A stretch of 64,000 nucleotides of DNA from the human T2T-CHM13v2.0 reference genome, Homo sapiens. This document shows, in pieces, positions 55,490 through 64,000 of the stretch. Below the pieces are notes generated by a model. That model saw nothing but the letters and a program-made list of their open reading frames with translations. It ran no database searches and was not told where the DNA came from. Numbering within the stretch: the stretch's first letter is position 1; each line of letters starts with the position of its first letter. The stretch lies in assembly GCF_009914755.1 (NCBI RefSeq), contig NC_060925.1; one strand, written 5' to 3'. The position numbers and the translations under genes are program-made.

Positions 55490-56955
55490 TCTTTCCTTCC
55501 CAACCTTATTGAGATATAAATGACAAATAAAAATTATTTATATTTAAGGTGTATAACATGATGCATACATTGTGAAATAATTACCACAGTCAAGCTAATT
55601 AACACATCCAATACCCCATATAGTTAATGTGTGTGTGTGTGTGTATGTGTGTGGTGGGAACACTTATGATCTAGCAAATCTACATCTCCCTTACCAAACT
55701 TCAATATACAGTAGAGTATCATGAACTTGTAGTCACCATACTGTATATTAGATCCTCAGAACTTTGTCATCTTATAACTGAAATTTGGGCCCTTTGAGCA
55801 ACATCTCTCTATCTTATCCCCCGACAAGGAGCAACCACCATTCTACTCTCTGCTTCTGTGAGTTTGACATTTTTAGATTCCATCTGTAACTGAAGTCATA
55901 TAATATTTGTCTTTCTGTGTCTGGCTTATTTCACTTAGCATAATGTCTTCCAGCTTCATCCATGTTGTCATGAAGGGCAAGATTTCCTTCTTTTTTATGA
56001 CTGAATAATATTCTATTATGTATATCTATAAATGTAAATATATATACCACCTTTTTTGTATCCATTCATCCATCAACAGATGCTTAGGTTATTTCTATAT
56101 CTTGGTCATTATGAATAATTCTGCAGCGAATGTAGGAGTGCAAATATCTCTTCGAGATACTATGCTGATTTCATTACCTTTGGTTACATATCCAGAAGTT
56201 GGATTGCTGCAGTAGTTCCATTTTTTATATTTGAAGATCCTCTGTACTATTCTTCATAGTAACTGGGCCAATTTACATTTCCACCAAAAGTGTATAAAAG
56301 TTCTCTTTTCTCCATATCCTCACTAACAATTGTTATCTCTTTTTTTTTAAATAATGGCCATCCTAACAGGTATGAGGTAATATTTCATGGTTTTGATTTG
56401 TATTTCCCTAATGATTAATGATGTTGAGCACCTTTTCATATACTTGCTGGCTGTATTTATGACTTCTTTGGGAAAATATCTATTCAGGTCCTTTGGCCAT
56501 TTTTAAATTGGGTTATTTGGTGTTTTGCTGTTGAGTTATATGAATTCTTTAAATATTTTGGATATTAATCCCTCATGAGATATATAGTTTGGAAATATTT
56601 TCTTCCATTTTCTAGGTTGCATTTCCATTTTGTTGACTGTTTCCTTTGCTGTGCAGAGCTTTTTAGTTTGATGTAGTCCTACGTGTTTATTTTTGCTTTT
56701 ATTGCCTGTGCTTGTGTCAAAAAATCATTGCCAAAATGAGTGTAAAGGAGTTTTTCCCTTAAGTTTTCTTCTAGGAGTTTTGTGATTTCAGGTCTTAAAT
56801 TTAAGTCTTTAAATATTTCACGTTAATGTTTGTTATGGTATAAGATAAGGGTCCAGTTTCATTCTCTTGCATGTGGAGATCCAGTTTTTCCAGCACCGTT
56901 TATTGGAGGGACTATCCTTTCCCCATTGTGTATTCTCCTTGGTGCCCTTGTCAAA
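55490..56955 (-). mobile_element. L1MA-type 3' region
   Basis: ctggcttatttcacttagcataatgtc...ttttctttgctgtgcag-like...ccagtttttccagcacc. Confidence 0.8.
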
Positions 56956-57611
56956 GAGAGATCTAGTAGTTTCTAAGCAGCATCATGAAGCTGTATCTTT
57001 ACTGATTTCATGTTACAACAAAATTTTTTTAAGCACAAACCCAGGGGTGTGACATACCCTGAAACTGGTGATTTGAAAAACAGTACTGTTAGAGAAAGGG
57101 ATCTATGGAGATCATTGTTAGTAGTAGTAATTGGGGCATTGGATCAGGATACCCCAGTTATCCTGATCCAATACCTTAATTATATAATTAAGTTTTTAAG
57201 TGTAGAAGTGGGTGTAATGATCACTGTTTTGATAAAATTAAAATATTAATGTGTTAAAGTACCCATCTCATTTGGTGCTAGTAGAAAACGAAATGCATAA
57301 AAACTATTGCTAAAAGTCACTAAACCTCTCTTACAGCCTAATTAGCAAGTTAATGCTTTTTCCTTTTGGCTGTTCCCTAATTTTTCATTCAATTTATCTT
57401 TTCCTGAAAACCTGCTAATTTCATGCACTTTAGCCCTACGGAAGAGGACGTTGCTTAGCAACTGCCTAAATAACTAATAGACCTAGGTATCTAGTAAAGG
57501 CTTGAAGGATTTACTTATTTTAAATTTATATATTTGTGTATTAACCATCAAATCCAAGAGGAAGTTGTTTCACTTTGGTATTTCTTCGGATTTCTGCATT
57601 TTTATGATTAA

Positions 57612-57909
<298 letters not shown>

Positions 57910-58115
57910 TGCATTTTTATAATTAATTTGTACATGAGTTGTTTGTAGCAAAAAAAAAGAAAAAAAAAAAAAGAAAAACAGTATATTTAATGGGAACTTC
58001 TTTTTTCTCCCTTCAACCTCTTAGTAACATTGCTGTATTTGTCATTTACTTTAGTTAATCTTTTCTAACAGAATACCCTATCAATGATATTTGCTGAGTT
58101 AAGAAATGTTTTCTG

Positions 58116-58724
<609 letters not shown>

Positions 58725-59071
58725 TCACTGGATACAGAATTCTATAATATTTCTTTTTAATGGTAAGCTAATTATTTTAGAGGAAATACATTAAGGTTTT
58801 AGGAGAAGGAATTTAGAAATTAAATTGAAGTCGTTGCTATTACCTATACATGATGGTTTTACTTTTGGTTGTTTGACCCAGAAGTATCTCAGAAGCTCAT
58901 CTGAGCTAAGGGTTTTCTAAGGTTTGAGGGTATGAGTGGTGCTGTCATTTTGCAATGTCCTGTTATACTTAATTTAGCCTTGGTGTGTTTACTTGTCTGA
59001 GGTTAAGTCTCCCCACTATGACATATAAAGCTGTATTATTATCCAAATCTCAGACCTATTTTCTTCACTCT

Positions 59072-59451
59072 TATATTAGTTCATTCTCACGCTGCTAATA
59101 AAGACATACCAGAGACTGGTTAATTTATAAAGGAAAGTTGTTTAATTGACTCACAGTTCAGCATGGCTGGGGAGGCCTCAGGAAACTTACAGTTACTGCA
59201 GAAGGGGAAGCAAACATGTTCTTCTTCACATGGTGGCAGGAAGGAGAAGAATGCGAGCAAAATGGGGAAAAGCCCCTTCTAAAACCATCAGATCTCATGA
59301 GAATTCACTCACTATCACAAGAACAGCATGGGGGAACCACCCCCATGATCTGGTCACCTCCCATGAGGTCCCTCCCCCAACATATGGGAATTACAATTTG
59401 GATTACAATTCAATATGAGACTTTGTCTGGGGACACAGCCAAACCATATCA
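59072..59451 (-). mobile_element. THE1-type MaLR solo LTR
   Basis: tattagttcattctcacgctgctaataaagacatacc...gggacacagccaaaccatatca. Confidence 0.85.
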
Positions 59452-59558
59452 ACTGTGTTTCTGTTCAACTGCCCTGAAGTAAAAACAAAATACCAGCAAA
59501 TTTTCTTACTGCACCCTTTGCATTCTGTGGTGTTGAGACATTAAAGACCATTTGCATC

Positions 59559-60070
59559 AGGCTAGTGTGGTGGCTCACTCCTGTAATCTCAGCACTTTGG
59601 GAAGCCTGGGGAGAGGATCACCCAGAGCTCAAGGGTTTGAGACCAGCCCGGACAACATTGCCAAACCCTGTCTCTACAAAACCTACAAAAATTAGCTGGA
59701 TGTGGTGGCACACACCTGTGGTCCCAGCTACTTGGGAGGCTGAGGTGGGAGGATCACCGAAGCCCGGGAAGTTTGAGGCTGCCGTAAGCCAAGAGATTGC
59801 GCCACTGCACTCCAGCCTGGGTGACAGAGTGAGACCCTGTCTCAAAAAAAGTAAATAAATAAATAAAAGAAGACCACGTGCCACTTGCACAAATATATTA
59901 GCAGTAAAAAGAACACATAGTTGGGCATGATGGCACATGCCTGTAATCCCAGCTACTTGGGAGGCTGAGGCAGGGGATTATTTGAACCCAGGAGGTGGAG
60001 GTTGCAGTGAGCCGAGATGGTGCCACTGCATTCCAGCGTGGGTGACAGAACAAGACTCCCTCTCAAAAAA
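59559..60070 (+). mobile_element. AluJ (59559-59865) plus Alu right monomer (about 59917-60070)
   Basis: Alu sequences. Confidence 0.8.
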
Positions 60071-60377
60071 GAACACAGGCAACTTATATTAATAGTGTTA
60101 AGCGAGTCTACATTAAAGAGAAACTGTGCTTTCAAAGAGTTACTTTTGTCTCAGAATGAAGCTCCTTTACAAAATGGCTGCTTTAGAATTCTATCTTGCA
60201 GAGAGGCTTTGGGCAAATTTATAGCATATTTTCTTTCACAGGCAAGAACTCCTAAGATATCATTTTGTGTAATGATTAATTATCCTCTATAGATATCAGA
60301 GATTTTTTTTGTTTTAATGGAGTATCTTCAGTAAGACATTACCCTATCATAAAATAAAGTGTATTTAAAGCAATATT

Positions 60378-60502
60378 GCCAGGCACAGTAACTTGTGCCT
60401 GTGGTCCCACCCACTCGGGAGCTGCGGTGAGAAGATTGCTTAGCCCAGGAATTCAAGTCTGGCCTGGGCAACATAGCAAGAACCTGTAACTTTTTAAAAA
60501 AG
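60378..60502 (+). mobile_element. FLAM-like Alu monomer
   Basis: Diverged monomer. Confidence 0.65.
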
Positions 60503-60793
60503 GAAATATTAGATTATTAGTAGCTATAGTAACTATAAATAATAGAACATTTCATCTACAATTGACTAATATAGAGCTTATTTATAAACTGCAATCTGTA
60601 AGACTGTATGTATCATGTTCACATCTCAACTGTGCTCATATCTCATTTGCATTGTCAACCACTGTACAAAGAGAACAATGTAGGATAACTAGAGTGAAGT
60701 TTAAAGATTCATACTTAGTAAGTTATCTGATACAAAGACAATATCTGCCAAATAGTTTAGGACAAAAATGATTTTTAAGAGATATGTATCTTT

Positions 60794-60831
60794 GAGAGAG
60801 AGTGAAGGAGAGGAGGGGAGAGGGAGGGAGG

Positions 60832-60881
<50 letters not shown>
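60794..60881. repeat. Polypurine tract ending in about (GA)24
   Basis: Directly visible. Confidence 0.95.
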
Positions 60882-60886
<5 letters not shown>

Positions 60887-61310
60887 GCCTGCCAATATTC
60901 AAAGAGTTTAAACTTCAACCATAACGTTTATTTTTTCTCCTTCTCTCATCTTTCCCTCTATATCTATCTATAGAAATATAAAAACATATTTTAGATTTAA
61001 CATAAAAAATAAACTGTCATTCAAATGAATGAAATTAGAATGTTCTGGGCATTGCCACTGCCACCACTATGACAGCTGTTTTAGAATTATGAAAATCTTT
61101 TTATTATTTTATTTTAGACCATTAAGCAATTTACTATTGCTCTTAAAGCATACATAAAGCCAATTTTTAACATCATGGAAGCCATCGCTGACAAGAATGT
61201 TGCCTCAATTCACATGATATTTTCTATTATAGCAGTCTGTTAATGTGTATTGCATTCATCAGTAACTTGAGGAGGAATTGATAAATTGCCTTCAGTCTTC
61301 TTTCTCCTCA

Positions 61311-62180
<870 letters not shown>

Positions 62181-62360
62181 CTACCATTAGAAATTTTAAA
62201 ACTTCTATTTCAGGATTTCTAAATGGGCTATTCAAAAGTGAATTGAATCTCCTGTCTTTTCTCTTGCTTTCATTTGTGACAAACCTGATGTAGGTGGGAA
62301 AAAACCTGAGCCTTTGTAATCACATGTTTGGGTTTAATCATAACTCTCATTTAGTAGTAG

Positions 62361-62977
<617 letters not shown>

Positions 62978-63935
62978 TAAATTGCTTAAACTCTTAGAGC
63001 AAGTATCTCTTCTGTAAAATTGGGATAATTAAATCTGCTACAAAGTATTGTGTAAGAACTAAAAGAGATAATGAAATTATGGCTCCTCCCTAGCACAGTA
63101 GGTTTTAAATATGTGTTATTTCTCTCCCCCTTCCCCATTTACCTCTGATGGAAACTTAGTTGACATCTTTGAAGTGAAGTGGTTTGTTGGTCAGTTCTTA
63201 GTTTCTGAGTTAGCTGCTACTCTAAGCCATTGCACAGGGTATTTCTTTTGACTCAAGATAAAAATGAACTGTGGAAAACCTTATTATAATATAGTTATGA
63301 AGAAGGATTATTTATTTTCACATGATAGCCCATAGTAATGGTGTTTTGTTGATCAGGTTACAATAGATTAATATCATTATATAACAAATGCTCTTTTTTC
63401 CCTGTTCTTTTCATAGTTGTTCAATTTAATGAGAGGTAATTGATTAAATTCTGTTTGCATTGTAGTCAGGAAACCGGAGAGGGCAGCAAACTGTAGGAGA
63501 TTGTGCCCCAACGCCCCACCCAGGCCTCCCTATCAAGACTTCACCTCCACTAACCTGTCTCAGTCATTTCTAACAGAAGGACTCATGTAAATTACCAAAT
63601 TACTCCCAAATAAATCAGTGTCCAGAAAGATTTAGTTGTTTATGGAAAATTGGTAGAGGATTGAAATTGTATGACACTGTTATTCATCTCTCCTGGACAA
63701 GGAAATACGAAAAAAAAAAATGGAGGCATTGGTTGTGTTCTCGTATACTGAGAACCTCACTCCCTGCCCCATTTCTAAAGGTTACAATTCCATCTTCTCT
63801 TTAGTTTTCATCAAATAGTTTTGCCCCCTGTACATCATTTTTATTAATATTGATAATAACAACCAACATCAATCAAATGCTTTCCAGAGTCAGGTACCTC
63901 ACTGCATTGTTACTATTTTCTCGTTTTGTGGATGA

Positions 63936-64000
63936 TGACATGGTTTGGCTCTGTGTCCCTGCCCAAATATCATCTCAAATTGTAATCCCCACATGTCCAG
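63936..64000 (+). mobile_element. Start of an MST/THE1 MaLR LTR (runs off the window)
   Basis: tgacatggtttggctctgtgtccc...aattgtaatcccca. Confidence 0.75.

Overview
Primate (most likely human) genomic DNA, AT-rich and dense in repeats. It lies inside RABGAP1L (+ strand). Only two coding exons are visible: an alternative first exon (ATG 273 to donor 440, 56 codons) and the 129-nt exon 11789-11917 (TSKEDLLQADFEGALKFFRVQLPKRY...ACNIK); they join in frame. The rest is intron with about 40 Alus plus L2, MIR, MaLR LTR, hAT and old L1 fragments. The most notable structure is a three-level nest at about 35.6-45.0 kb. An ancient + strand L1M is interrupted by a full-length NDUFAF4 processed pseudogene (- strand, 36567-44946, 14-bp TSD, AATAAA plus polyA). 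The pseudogene 3'UTR is in turn interrupted by a near full-length L1PA2-like element (- strand, 37931-43946, 17-bp TSD). That L1 cannot retrotranspose (ORF1 Y207*, ORF2 K1015* plus a 4-nt deletion). It keeps an intact 71-aa ORF0, both ORF0 splice donors, the YY1 site and an antisense AATAAA. Its antisense promoter points in the RABGAP1L sense direction, straight into the antisense strand of the NDUFAF4 retrocopy. I see no evidence of a novel multi-gene system. Repeat subfamily calls and most repeat boundaries are by eye and approximate.
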